DNA of 64,000 bases, from the NCBI GenBank assembly GCA_019429305.1, contig JAHYIR010000009.1, positions 1,837 to 65,836 on the forward strand, read 5' to 3'. The notes under the pieces were generated by a model that was not told the origin of the DNA, searched no databases, and saw nothing but the letters and a program-made list of their open reading frames with translations. The first letter of the stretch is position 1; every line of letters starts with the position of its first letter. Source of the DNA: Candidatus Cloacimonadota bacterium. GTDB taxonomy: Bacteria > Cloacimonadota > Cloacimonadia > Cloacimonadales > JAJBBL01. Below are positions 30,016-39,844 of this stretch, in pieces. The position numbers and the translations under genes were made by a program.

Positions 30016-31097
30016 TTGTATTTTCCAAAAGTTCCTTTCAAGCCAAAGAATATAAAGTAGGGAAGATGTAAGATCAGAGCAACAGGGTATAAGGGAAGAT
30101 ATTGCCAAGTCCGTATTCTCTGGAAAAAGGGTATTAAAATTATCAGTTCAGCTAATATCTTGATCAATAAAAGAAGAATAAAGGTGTGAAAAGATAATTT
30201 GCCAATCAAAAAGAATAGGAGCATCAAGAAGAAAGCTAGATAATAGAGAAAAACCAATGCTGTTCCAATCTTTATATAAAAAGGATAATATCGCCATTTA
30301 GAAGCTCTTCGAGTTTCCAGATTGATCTGTCCGCTTAGATTTTTATTATCATAAGATGGTACTATAGAGCCTTGAGTAAACATAAAGTTCATTTTCTTTG
30401 AATAGGGAGACATTCTTTGCAGCATTAGATCATCGTCACCGGAGGGGATATTCTCTAATCCGGAAAACCCATTAACTTTATTGTAAAGCTCTTTTCGATA
30501 AGCCATATTCCTTGCCGTAATAGTTAAGCCGAGATTCCAACCCATACTACCTGCTGACACCGCAAAAATTGATAATCTTTCCAGATTCTTTAATCTTATC
30601 CAGAAGTTGTTTTTATCAGAAATTAAAGGTGAATATCCTCCGATAAAACTGACTTCGGGGGTAAAGTGATTACTAATCTCTTGCAACCAGTCTGGAGATG
30701 GAAGACAATCCGCATCAGTAAAAGCAAGGATAGAATATCTTGCCTGAGAGATCCCCCTTGCTAAAGCCCGTTTCTTACCCCCTTGTTCTTCGATAGGAAT
30801 TCTGAGCAATCTTAAGTTCTCAGTAGTTTTTATTGCCTCTGTTACTATCTCTGCAGTTCTGTCTTCAGAGCGGTCATCAACTATAATTAACTCATATCTC
30901 TTGGGGCTATAGTTTTGTTGTAGCAAACAATTTATTAGTCGCAAGATGTTAGCTTCTTCGTTGCGAGCTGCTACAATAACAGAAATTTCATGTTGAGTAC
31001 TGGAAACAGATGGTCTTTTTAACTTCCATATTCCCAGAGATAAAAAGAAGAGTACTGAAAAGTAATAAATAGATAGAATAAGAACGATGAGAAACAC
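30003..31097 (-). CDS. Membrane-bound family 2 glycosyltransferase
   Basis: GTG start immediately after the dnaX stop, with zero gap. The GT-A signature is ISVIVAARNEE, IIVDDRSEDRT, FTDADC and SGDDDL, flanked by N- and C-terminal TM helices. Confidence 0.8.
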   Translation of the reverse strand: MFLIVLILSIYYFSVLFFLSLGIWKLKRPSVSSTQHEISVIVAARNEEANILRLINCLLQQNYSPKRYELIIVDDRSEDRTAEIVTEAIKTTENLRLLRIPIEEQGGKKRALARGISQARYSILAFTDADCLPSPDWLQEISNHFTPEVSFIGGYSPLISDKNNFWIRLKNLERLSIFAVSAGSMGWNLGLTITARNMAYRKELYNKVNGFSGLENIPSGDDDLMLQRMSPYSKKMNFMFTQGSIVPSYDNKNLSGQINLETRRASKWRYYPFYIKIGTALVFLYYLAFFLMLLFFLIGKLSFHTFILLLLIKILAELIILIPFFQRIRTWQYLPLYPVALILHLPYFIFFGLKGTFGKYKWKS

Positions 31098-32744
31098 TTA
31101 CTTATCTGGTTCCGGTTCTTTCTTATCAGGTTTATAGTCATACAAAGGTCTTACTGTAGCATCTGTTAGTTCAATAAACTCAGCTATCTCCGGTGTCTCT
31201 CTTTTGATGTCTTCTAAAGTAGGGTTCTTTATTATTTCTGGCTTGTCCTTTTTCTCAACTTCTAAGACAAAATGTAATTTTACATCTAATCTATAAAACT
31301 GGGAAACAATATCGGATACTTTCTGATGGTTCTTTTCTAAATAATCATAAGCCATCTGAGAAGTAGTTTTGAGATGAATAATATTGTTCCTGATCTTAAT
31401 TAGTTTAATATCAGAGAAGAAGTCTGCTGCCCAGGGAAGAGCATTTTCCAAACGACGCCTTAACTTATCTTTTGTTTCATTGTATATCTGCTCCGTGATC
31501 TCAGTATATTTTGGCATCTCTTCGTCGATCTCTTTGTCCATCTTCTCTTTCAGGGTGTCTTGTAGTTTCTCACTCCGGGTTTTTTGAGTTGTCGTAACCG
31601 GTTTCTTCATTGGAGAAATATCTGAAAATTGAAGGGATTTAAGAATCTCTGCTAAAGATTTCATATTATCAATTTTAGTCAACTTGATGAAAGTCATTTC
31701 GGTTATGAGAACCGGATTCCCAGAAAATTTGATCTCGCTCTTTGTCTTGATCAAGATCGAAAGAATGTAGAGAAGTGTATCTTCGCTGAAATTCTGATTG
31801 ATCTTCTCCATCTCTTCTCGAACTGTTGGGGGTAGTTCCGGTAAGGGAACCTTGGTTTTGATCAAGAGCATTGTCCTGATGTAATCGAGATAACCGTTAA
31901 TAAACTCTTGCAGATCATTTCCTTTATCTAAGATATTATGGATCAGACCAATAATGGCTGCTGCATTTTTCTGATAGATATACTCGGTAATTTTATGATA
32001 TATATCAGTAGAGACAATACCAAATAGGGCTAGAACATCATTTGTTTTAGTATCTTGCTTACCTAAAGCAATTAATTGATCCATTAAGGAGAGAGCATCG
32101 CGCATACTCCCTTCTGCTTTCTTGGCAACCAAGTATAAGGCCTCATCTTCAACTTTTATCTTTTCCTCTGAACAAATAGCTCTGAGATGTTCAACAATAG
32201 CATCTATAGGGATTCTTTTAAAATCATATCGTTGGCAACGAGAAATTATTGTCGGTAAAACTTTATGTGGTTCGGTTGTTGCAAAGATAAAAACAACCTG
32301 TTCAGGCGGTTCTTCCAAAGTCTTAAGCAGCGCATTAAAGGCATTCTTGGAGAGCATGTGAACTTCATCGATGATAAATATCTTATATCGCGATTTAGAC
32401 GTTGCATACATCAATTCTTTTTGCAAATCTCGAATATCTTCTACTCCGGTATTGGAAGCACCGTCTATCTCGACTACATCTGTGGAAGTGCTTTGAGTTA
32501 TTTCCCTGCAATTTTCACATTTATTACAGGGAGTAGCTGATAACCCCTCCATACAATTTAAGCTTTTAGCTAATATGCGGGCTAATGAAGTTTTACCAAC
32601 TCCTCTTGAACCGGTAAACAAAAAGGCATGGGCTATCCTATTAAAAGTAATTGCATTTTTTAGTATTGTAGTTATGTGTTCTTGAGCAAAGACCTCATCG
32701 AAAGTTTGTGGTCTGTATTTTCTTGCCAATACGATATAAGACAT
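31098..32744 (-). CDS. dnaX: DNA polymerase III subunit gamma/tau
   Basis: MSYIVLARKYRPQTFDEV, HAFLFTGSRGVGKTS, the zinc module CNKCENC, IFIIDEVHML and SRCQ. Confidence 0.95.
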   Translation of the reverse strand: MSYIVLARKYRPQTFDEVFAQEHITTILKNAITFNRIAHAFLFTGSRGVGKTSLARILAKSLNCMEGLSATPCNKCENCREITQSTSTDVVEIDGASNTGVEDIRDLQKELMYATSKSRYKIFIIDEVHMLSKNAFNALLKTLEEPPEQVVFIFATTEPHKVLPTIISRCQRYDFKRIPIDAIVEHLRAICSEEKIKVEDEALYLVAKKAEGSMRDALSLMDQLIALGKQDTKTNDVLALFGIVSTDIYHKITEYIYQKNAAAIIGLIHNILDKGNDLQEFINGYLDYIRTMLLIKTKVPLPELPPTVREEMEKINQNFSEDTLLYILSILIKTKSEIKFSGNPVLITEMTFIKLTKIDNMKSLAEILKSLQFSDISPMKKPVTTTQKTRSEKLQDTLKEKMDKEIDEEMPKYTEITEQIYNETKDKLRRRLENALPWAADFFSDIKLIKIRNNIIHLKTTSQMAYDYLEKNHQKVSDIVSQFYRLDVKLHFVLEVEKKDKPEIIKNPTLEDIKRETPEIAEFIELTDATVRPLYDYKPDKKEPEPDK

Positions 32745-33053
32745 CTATACCTCTTCTTACTTAGTTTTTAAGTTAAGCTTTCTCTCATTATTTTGTCAAT
32801 CATAAAATCTTAACTTAGCTCTTTCTACCTTGAAAGATGAACTATTAAGAAGAGCATCCTTCATTAATAGTGTGAAACTCTTATTGTATAGCTTCAATCT
32901 TAGAATCCGTGCTCTTTGAGTTTTTACCTCTTTTGATTTTCTCTGGATTTGAATAGTAGTTTGTACTTGACAAATGGATGTGGTTAGCTAATTGAAGAAA
33001 AACAAAATATTTGATGGGTTCTGAAATTACTCAATAAAAGCAGGTAGTATAAT

Positions 33054-34106
33054 ATGAACGATAACAAGTGGATCAAAATCTCTCTCGGCATTATTGCTAT
33101 GACAATCATAGTAGTAATCCTCAAAGAATTAAGGTCAATATTCATCCCCTTAACTTTTGCTATATTTTTGACTTTTATCTTTGCACCGCTCAATACTGCT
33201 CTTTATAAAAGAAAGATACCTAAATTGATTGCTATTCTAATAATGATGACGATCATCTTTGTTTTCTTTGCTTTGATCCTGTTCATTTTTTACTCGGCTA
33301 TCTATTCCTTGATCATTGAGTTCCCTAAATATCAAGAGAAGATGATTGAACTAATAAATCAATCATATGCTAGTTTACAGGAATGGATTTTGAAAATGGA
33401 AGGAGTTTTTTCCAAAATGCCAGATTGGTTTAATCAGGTTCAAATTTTATCGCCAGGGAGTTTTTCCATTACCCGTTTTGTAACAGGGACAATGGGTACT
33501 TTCTTTGACTTTTTTATAAAACTATTCTTAACATTGATTTTCTTGATCTTCATAGTCGCAGGAATAGATAGATTAGGTAATCGAGTAAAGAAAGTACTGA
33601 CTGAGAGTCGTAATAAACAAACACTTAAGTTGATTAATAATATTCAACTTCAAATGACAAAATACTTTCTGAATAAGACATTGATTAGTTTAGGCACCGC
33701 ATTGACCGGTATGTTATTTATGTTGCTCTTCAAGATCGACTTTATTCTGATGTCAGGGATTCTCTTATTTGTTCTGAATTTTATCCCCAATATCGGTTCG
33801 TTTGTTGCCTCTGCTTTTCCAATATTTATCTGCTTGCTACAATACGGATTTGGTTGGCAGTTTATTGGTATTACGATTAGTTTGACCATGACTCAAATGG
33901 TATTTGGGAATATTTTAGAACCTAGTTTAATGGGTGAAAAACTTAATCTCTCCCCGATAATTGTCTTGATCTCACTTATCTTTTGGGGTTGGGTATGGGG
34001 AGCTGTCGGTATGATTCTGGCAATACCAATAACATCAGCAATAAACATTATCATCAAAGAAGTAAACGAATTTAGCATCATATCAGCTATCATAAGCGAC
34101 GAATAA
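33054..34106 (+). CDS. AI-2E family transporter (PerM/UPF0118)
   Basis: A polytopic membrane protein of about 8 TM helices with the family-typical C-terminal block NFIPNIGSFVA...GNILEP.LMG..L.LSP....SLIFWGWVWG.VGMILAIP. Confidence 0.8.
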   Translation: MNDNKWIKISLGIIAMTIIVVILKELRSIFIPLTFAIFLTFIFAPLNTALYKRKIPKLIAILIMMTIIFVFFALILFIFYSAIYSLIIEFPKYQEKMIELINQSYASLQEWILKMEGVFSKMPDWFNQVQILSPGSFSITRFVTGTMGTFFDFFIKLFLTLIFLIFIVAGIDRLGNRVKKVLTESRNKQTLKLINNIQLQMTKYFLNKTLISLGTALTGMLFMLLFKIDFILMSGILLFVLNFIPNIGSFVASAFPIFICLLQYGFGWQFIGITISLTMTQMVFGNILEPSLMGEKLNLSPIIVLISLIFWGWVWGAVGMILAIPITSAINIIIKEVNEFSIISAIISDE

Positions 34107-34153
34107 GTTAGTCATCTTTCACTGATTTTATAGCTTATAATATTGCAAGCGTT

Positions 34154-35428
34154 ATGCCTTTAAGAATAGCCAGAGTCGTCAAAGGGAGTATTGCTGATAA
34201 AGCAGGAATTACCAACGATGATGTAATTATTAGTGTCAATGGAAATGTCATAGATGATTTCATAGGGCTCCAGTTTTACTGTTCAGATCCTATACTGAAT
34301 TTCGATATACAACAAGCAGACGGAAAGATAAGGAAGGTAACAATTACCCAAGATTGGCAGTCAAAATTAGGTATTGAACCGGGAAAATATCAAATACGTA
34401 AATGTACCAATAAATGCATCTTTTGTTTTATTGATCAGATGCCATCTCAACTAAGAAGAAGTCTATATCTGAAAGATGATGATTATCTTTTCTCATTTGT
34501 TTATGGAAATTATATATCTTTGAACAATCTGCAAGACAAAGACTATAAAAGAATAGTTGATGAACGGATCAGTCCCCTCTATATCTCTGTTCATACTACA
34601 AACCCGACCTTTAGAAAGCAGATCATGGGATATAAGCAAGAAATTGATATTCTGGATAAGCTTAAGTTTCTATCACAGAATAGGATTAGCTTTCATACCC
34701 AGATAGTCGTTATTCCCAAGATGAATGATAAAGAAGAATTAAGAAAGACAATCATTGACTTAACTCATCCTGATATTAACACCCTTTCAATCGGCTTAGT
34801 ACCTGTCGGATTGACAAAACATAGAGATGATCTTTATCCGTTAAGAAATATCACTGCGAATGAAGCAAAAGAAGTCATAAATTTAGCTAATTTTTTAGCA
34901 AATTCTACAGGTTTCAGTCAGATCTATTGTGCTGATGAGCTTTTTATATTATCAGGGATAGAAATACCCTCTATTCAGTATTATGACGACTTTTGTCAGA
35001 TAGAAAACGGTATTGGTATGTTAAGGGCTATGCTAAAAAACTGGCAAAGGAAACAACAAAGATTTGCTAAGCTCCTATCAGATGAATCCTTACTCTTTGT
35101 AACCGGTATACTTGCTGCCAAATACATCAGACATATTGCTGGGAGTATAAATCATATCTTTGGTGAGAAAAGAGCCGAAGTTTTGGTAGTTGAGAATAGT
35201 TTCTTTGGGGATACTGTTACGGTATCCGGTTTATTAACATATCAAGATATTGAAAGAGAATTGTCGAAGAGAGAATCTCTTCCCGATTACCTTGCCTTCA
35301 GCAGCAATATGTTCAATGTAGATGGCTTCACTTTAGATGGTATCCATCAAGATGAATTAAGTGAACGATGGCAACGGAAAGTATTAGTGATTAATGAACT
35401 ATGGACTGACTGGAAAATAATACATTAA
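34154..35428 (+). CDS. PDZ domain / DUF512 radical-SAM-like protein
   Basis: The N-terminal PDZ-like region is VVKGSIADKAGITNDDVIISVNG. The Cys cluster is CTNKCIFCFIDQMP. Length and order are typical of DUF512 proteins. Confidence 0.7.
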   Translation: MPLRIARVVKGSIADKAGITNDDVIISVNGNVIDDFIGLQFYCSDPILNFDIQQADGKIRKVTITQDWQSKLGIEPGKYQIRKCTNKCIFCFIDQMPSQLRRSLYLKDDDYLFSFVYGNYISLNNLQDKDYKRIVDERISPLYISVHTTNPTFRKQIMGYKQEIDILDKLKFLSQNRISFHTQIVVIPKMNDKEELRKTIIDLTHPDINTLSIGLVPVGLTKHRDDLYPLRNITANEAKEVINLANFLANSTGFSQIYCADELFILSGIEIPSIQYYDDFCQIENGIGMLRAMLKNWQRKQQRFAKLLSDESLLFVTGILAAKYIRHIAGSINHIFGEKRAEVLVVENSFFGDTVTVSGLLTYQDIERELSKRESLPDYLAFSSNMFNVDGFTLDGIHQDELSERWQRKVLVINELWTDWKIIH

Positions 35429-35434
35429 TTGAGT

Positions 35435-36208
35435 TTATAACAGAATAAGATCAAGATACCAGTCAATTATCTGCTTACCAATAAAAAGATAGAGAAGTAC
35501 TCCTATAGTTATAAAGGTTCCGAATGGAAATTCCTTTTTCAAATCAAATCTAATTAACGGAAGAGTAATCAGAGCTATTATTGAAGAGACAAGGATAGAA
35601 AAAATTACTCCTATAAAACCAATAAATAGTCCTACTCCAAGAATAAGTTTAATATCACCACCACCAATTCCCACTTTACCTGTTAGTTTCCAAAAAACAT
35701 AAGGGATAATAAAAAATAGTAAGAACCCAAATGCAGCACCCGTGAGAGCTGATTTTACAGATACATCGTTATAGGGAAGCCAGATAGTTATCAATCCAAT
35801 AATGATTAGTGGTAGAGACAAAGTATCCGGAATGATTTTATGATAGAGATCAATAAAGAAGATGATGATAAGGAAACCTATTAAGAGGGCATATTTAAAG
35901 TATATAAAGGAAAAATAGCTCCCAAAACGGAAGAAAAGCAACAGAAACAATAGAGCAGAGATAAATTCTACCACAGGATAATGCCAATGTATCTTTGTTT
36001 TACATTCCCGACATCTTCCTTTTGTAAGAAAAAAACCGATTATTGGCATATTAAGCCATTTGGGGATCGGTTGTGAGCAATTGGGACAATAAGATGAAGG
36101 ATAAACTATGGATTTTTTTTGGGGTAACCTATAAATACAGACATTGAAAAAACTCCCAAAGGAGGAACCAATGATGATGATTAAAATGATTTCGACAGCA
36201 ATGGGCAA
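35435..36208 (-). CDS. Prepilin peptidase (A24 family, type IV leader peptidase / N-methyltransferase-like)
   Basis: TTG start 3 nt after the upstream stop. The zinc-ribbon-like CPNC...CRECK is followed by a polytopic TM region and the catalytic-region GGGDIKL. Confidence 0.8.
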   Translation of the reverse strand: MPIAVEIILIIIIGSSFGSFFNVCIYRLPQKKSIVYPSSYCPNCSQPIPKWLNMPIIGFFLTKGRCRECKTKIHWHYPVVEFISALLFLLLFFRFGSYFSFIYFKYALLIGFLIIIFFIDLYHKIIPDTLSLPLIIIGLITIWLPYNDVSVKSALTGAAFGFLLFFIIPYVFWKLTGKVGIGGGDIKLILGVGLFIGFIGVIFSILVSSIIALITLPLIRFDLKKEFPFGTFITIGVLLYLFIGKQIIDWYLDLILL

Positions 36209-36211
36209 TAC

Positions 36212-36652
36212 TTACCACCACCAATCGTTACTGCGTTGATGTAAACCCATCGAGCGAAATTCGAATCTAATACTTGTATTTTCAGAAGGACGATAGTGAA
36301 GAGAAAACTCAGGTATGATCTGACTTCTATTATCATTGTTAGCTTTAACAGAAAAACTATCTTCCCACTTTGCAGTCCCATAATTCACAAAGTTAAGATC
36401 AACCTTAAAATCAAGCTTCGGATGAAATTTATAGAAGAGGTGATTAGTATAAACTGATTGATAGAATCCTTGTCCATCAGATGAGAAACCGGTCATAAAA
36501 GACATAGTATGATTCATCCTCATGTTAGCTGGATTTAAAATGCCATTCAAATTCATATAAGGATTACTATTAGTTAAACTCCATTCATCAGAATATAAGG
36601 ATATTGCAGTAAACATTAAGAACACGATTATTAATAAGATTATCCTATTCAT
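36212..36652 (-). CDS. Small secreted protein, possible 8-stranded outer-membrane beta-barrel
   Basis: After a signal peptide (MNRIILLIIVFLMFTAISLYS) come alternating amphipathic beta-like segments. The extreme C-terminus is aromatic (NDWWW), as in OMP C-terminal signatures. No family recognised. Confidence 0.45.
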   Translation of the reverse strand: MNRIILLIIVFLMFTAISLYSDEWSLTNSNPYMNLNGILNPANMRMNHTMSFMTGFSSDGQGFYQSVYTNHLFYKFHPKLDFKVDLNFVNYGTAKWEDSFSVKANNDNRSQIIPEFSLHYRPSENTSIRFEFRSMGLHQRSNDWWW

Positions 36653-36857
36653 CTTTTCCTCCTCTCTTTTACAAGATATTACACTTCATTCTTTTGTCAA
36701 AGAGTTTCTTAAGCAGCGAACCCCTTGAGTTAATTCTCATTTCCTTCGTAGTTCATATTGATTAACGCATCTTTGTTTATTAGTATCATTCATCTGACCG
36801 AGTTTAAGAGAATTTTTATAAACTCAGGTTTCTAACTCCTTATCCGACAAATTTTTG

Positions 36858-36885
36858 TTGACAATTTGATAAGGTTAAGTATGGT
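36858..36885 (+). promoter_or_regulatory. Sigma70-like promoter candidate (TTGACA, 16 nt spacer, TATGGT) for the oxidoreductase / ether-lipid operon
   Basis: TTGACA at 36858-36863 and TATGGT at 36880-36885, about 110 nt upstream of the ATG at 36994. Pattern match only. Confidence 0.3.
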
Positions 36886-36993
36886 AGTAATATGTGAGAA
36901 ATACTGACTTAAATATACTTAGGATGAAGTGAAACAAATATTTTATAATGACCTAGGATATTGTCAGCTGTTGGGAGTTTATTGGGAGTCTTA

Positions 36994-38028
36994 ATGAGTA
37001 TCTTAAGAATGGGATTAATAGGGTGCGGAAGAATATCCGGAAAGCACTTCGAAGCAGCAGAACAATTGGAAAATGCTGGATTTGTTACCTGTGCCGACAT
37101 CATACCAGAAAGAGCTGCAGCTGCAGCTGAGAAATACAATTTATCATCCTATTACACAGACTATCATGAAATGTTAGCCAAAGAGAAGATTGATCTGGGA
37201 GTTATTTGTGCTCCGAGCGGCTTACATCCCGAGATTGGCATAGCAGTAGCCACGAAAAAGATTCATGTCTTAACAGAAAAACCGATGGCAATAAATCTAA
37301 AATCTGCAGATGAACTGATTGAAACTTGTGAAGCTAACAAAGTTCATCTCTATGTTGTAAAGCAGAATCGCTTGAATCCAACAATGTTGCTATTAAAGAA
37401 TGCAATACTTAAGAACAGGTTCGGCAAGATATATTTAGTACAATCTAATGTTTTTTGGCAAAGACCTCAAACTTACTACGATATGGCAGATTGGCGGGGA
37501 ACATGGCAATATGATGGTGGAGCATTTCTCAATCAGGCGAGTCATTATGTTGATGCTCTTTATTGGTTGATTGGACCTGTTAATTCAGTTATGGCAGAGT
37601 CTGCTACTATGGCGAGGAAGATCGAAGCAGAAGATACCGGTGTTGCCTTATTAAAATTTAGTAATGGAGTTATAGGTTCAATCAATGTAACCATGCTCAC
37701 TTATCCTAAAAATTACGAAGGTTCTATAACAGTAATAGGTGAAAAAGGAACAGTAAAAGTAGGGGGCATAGCATTAAATAAGATAGATAAATGGGAATTT
37801 GAAGATTATGATGATGATGATCGTTTACTGGAAGAGGCAAATTATCAACCATTGACAGTCTACGGTTCTGGTCATTTACCCTATTACTTAAATGTGATAG
37901 AATCACTTAAAGGAAAGACTAATCCTTATACTAATGGACGTGATGGTAGAAGTTCCTTGGAAATCATCTTAGCTTTTTATGAATCGGTTAAAAGTGGGAA
38001 GAAGATAAATCTTCCTTTAAAAGTATGA
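36994..38028 (+). CDS. Gfo/Idh/MocA family NAD(P)-dependent oxidoreductase
   Basis: ORF is 36961..38028. The ATG at 36994 gives MSILRMGLIGCGRISGKH, an N-terminal Rossmann GxGxxG. EKP and the C-terminal alpha/beta domain are typical of the family. Confidence 0.8.
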   Translation: MSILRMGLIGCGRISGKHFEAAEQLENAGFVTCADIIPERAAAAAEKYNLSSYYTDYHEMLAKEKIDLGVICAPSGLHPEIGIAVATKKIHVLTEKPMAINLKSADELIETCEANKVHLYVVKQNRLNPTMLLLKNAILKNRFGKIYLVQSNVFWQRPQTYYDMADWRGTWQYDGGAFLNQASHYVDALYWLIGPVNSVMAESATMARKIEAEDTGVALLKFSNGVIGSINVTMLTYPKNYEGSITVIGEKGTVKVGGIALNKIDKWEFEDYDDDDRLLEEANYQPLTVYGSGHLPYYLNVIESLKGKTNPYTNGRDGRSSLEIILAFYESVKSGKKINLPLKV

Positions 38029-38073
38029 ACTAGAGTAGACAAACTACAGTACTTCAAATAAGAGAGGTAGAAT

Positions 38074-38964
38074 TTGGTATTGGAAAGATATTTTGAGTCA
38101 AGACAATTGATTGTTGATAAGGCACTAAGGGACTACTTAACGCCGATAAAAACCTATCCTGAGCAGTTATATGAGGCAATGCACTATGCTCTTTTTTCTG
38201 GTGGTAAACGGTTGCGCCCGATACTTTTTTTTGCTGCCTATGAAATGTTAAAAGAGAAGAAAAATGCCGCAATATTACAGTCTGTTGTACCTGCTGCCTG
38301 TGCTTTAGAAATGGTTCATACAGCATCCTTGATACATGATGATCTGCCCATTATCGATAATTCGGATTTAAGGCGTAACGAACTAAGCTGTCATAAGAAG
38401 TTTGACGAAGCAACAGCAATCTTAGCGGGAGATGCTTTGCTGACTAAAGCATTTGAGGTTTTAACCGATATAAACAATGCTTCGAAGGCAATAAGCTGCA
38501 TCGGAGTATTGGCTCGAGCTGTTTCTACTCGAGGAATGATCGGTGGTCAGACTGTTGACGTATTAGTTACTAGTACCAAAGCAAGAATAAATGTTCTGAA
38601 GTATATCCATATGAAGAAGACAGGATCGTTATTACAAGCAGCTATGGACTTAGCTTGTGTTTTAGCTGACGCAGAGGAGAATGTTATCTTAGCGTTAGAG
38701 AGTTTTGCTCTCAATGTCGGATTAGCATATCAGGTTATAGATGATATTCTTGATGAGATTGGAACGAGTGAGATATTGGGCAAAGAGCCCGGAGAAGATG
38801 CTCGTAACAACAAAGCTACTTATGCAGCGATACTTGGCTTAGATAAAGCGCGGAAAACTGCTGAGAAATTGCTGGATGATTCTTACAAACTGATTAAAAA
38901 TATGCCTAACAACGAAGTTTTAGTCGAATACATTTACATGATAAGAGAAAGAATCCCGATATGA
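38074..38964 (+). CDS. Short-chain trans-polyprenyl diphosphate synthase, predicted geranylgeranyl diphosphate synthase
   Basis: TTG start after AGAGAGG. The FARM is LIHDDLPIIDNSDLRRN and the SARM is QVIDDILD. Residues just upstream of the FARM are small (HTASLIHDD) rather than the aromatic residue of FPP synthases (E. coli IspA has YSLIHDD), which favours a C20 product. Confidence 0.8.
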   Translation: MVLERYFESRQLIVDKALRDYLTPIKTYPEQLYEAMHYALFSGGKRLRPILFFAAYEMLKEKKNAAILQSVVPAACALEMVHTASLIHDDLPIIDNSDLRRNELSCHKKFDEATAILAGDALLTKAFEVLTDINNASKAISCIGVLARAVSTRGMIGGQTVDVLVTSTKARINVLKYIHMKKTGSLLQAAMDLACVLADAEENVILALESFALNVGLAYQVIDDILDEIGTSEILGKEPGEDARNNKATYAAILGLDKARKTAEKLLDDSYKLIKNMPNNEVLVEYIYMIRERIPI

Positions 38965-39788
38965 AAAATTATCTTCTAATTATAAGACCGCTTAACTGTC
39001 TGTTCATTGGATTTGCTGTCCTTGTTGGAGGTTGGCTCAACACGGAAGTTGAGAGCTATCCTGTACTATTAATAGCAATGTTAGTAGCGATGTTAATCGG
39101 TGCAGGTGGTTATGTAATTAACGATTTCTTCGATATAAGAATTGATTCGATCAATAAACCTCATCGGTTATTACCCAGAGGGGTATTCAAACCGGAATTT
39201 GCTTTCATGTATGCCCTCTTCTTATTCATGTTCGGGATATCGATCAGCATTTTTACGATCAACTTCTGGGCGATTTTTATAGCAGTTCTCAATTCGATAC
39301 TTCTCTATCATTATGCCAAATCTTTGAAGAACACAATTCTTTGGGGTAACTTGGTTATCTCTTATATCACAGGTAGTGCTTTATTGTATGGTGCCGTAAT
39401 TACTAACAATATTCTTAATATACTGCCTCTTATTATATTTACAATTTTGTATACTTTCGTGAGAGAGATCATTAAAGATGCTGAGGATGAAAAGGCAGAT
39501 AGAATAATCGGTGTTAAGACTTATGCTACAGCATTCGGACAAAAGCAAGCTGTTTATATTTCTCTAATACCAGCTTTACTTCTTGCTATCAGTTTGTATA
39601 TTTATTATATTGAGAAACTAATATCGAAAAGTCTCTTCGAGATAGTTATATTAGTCTATTTGATCCCTTTGATTTTTATTTACCTATATCTGCTAATCAA
39701 GATTAATCCGGAAAGGTTACACCGCAGCTCAGTATTTATTAAGATCCATATGTTGATTTTATTGATAACATATATCATAGTAATTTGA
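38961..39788 (+). CDS. UbiA-family prenyltransferase resembling digeranylgeranylglyceryl phosphate (DGGGP) synthase
   Basis: The ATGA start overlaps the GGPPS stop. There are about 8 TM helices. The first Asp-rich motif is NDFFDIRIDSINKPHRLLPRG (archaeal DGGGPS pattern NDyfD.e.D.iNkP.RPiPsG) and the second is KDAEDEKADRIIGVKT. It sits between GGPPS and GGGPS. Confidence 0.75.
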   Translation: MKNYLLIIRPLNCLFIGFAVLVGGWLNTEVESYPVLLIAMLVAMLIGAGGYVINDFFDIRIDSINKPHRLLPRGVFKPEFAFMYALFLFMFGISISIFTINFWAIFIAVLNSILLYHYAKSLKNTILWGNLVISYITGSALLYGAVITNNILNILPLIIFTILYTFVREIIKDAEDEKADRIIGVKTYATAFGQKQAVYISLIPALLLAISLYIYYIEKLISKSLFEIVILVYLIPLIFIYLYLLIKINPERLHRSSVFIKIHMLILLITYIIVI

Positions 39789-39844
39789 GGTTGAGAAACT
39801 TTTTACCTCAGATAGTTCAATAATAAATTAAGGATAGAATTGGG

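Noticed and set aside
30016-30108. N-terminal extension of the O-methyltransferase ORF (track start 30108)
   Set aside because: The extension would overlap the GT2 gene by about 105 nt and encodes an implausible Cys/Ser/Leu-rich peptide. The internal ATG at 30015 gives a sensible N-terminus.
31560-31590. Possible dnaX programmed -1 frameshift site at the A-run (minus-strand ACT CAA AAA ACC)
   Set aside because: The six A residues are phased CAA-AAA-ACC, not the X-XXY-YYZ phasing (A-AAA-AAG/C) needed for tandem slippage. I saw no adjacent stem-loop or upstream SD-like enhancer. This is insufficient to call a gamma/tau frameshift.
32745-33053. Looked for an SRP RNA (ffs) or other ncRNA upstream of dnaX, as occurs in some bacteria
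   Set aside because: No conserved SRP domain IV motifs or convincing extended helices are visible. The region looks like a divergent promoter spacer.
36181-36381. 66-aa minus-strand ORF overlapping the small OMP-like gene and the prepilin peptidase junction
   Set aside because: It is out of frame with and overlaps two better-supported genes. It has no RBS or recognisable features.
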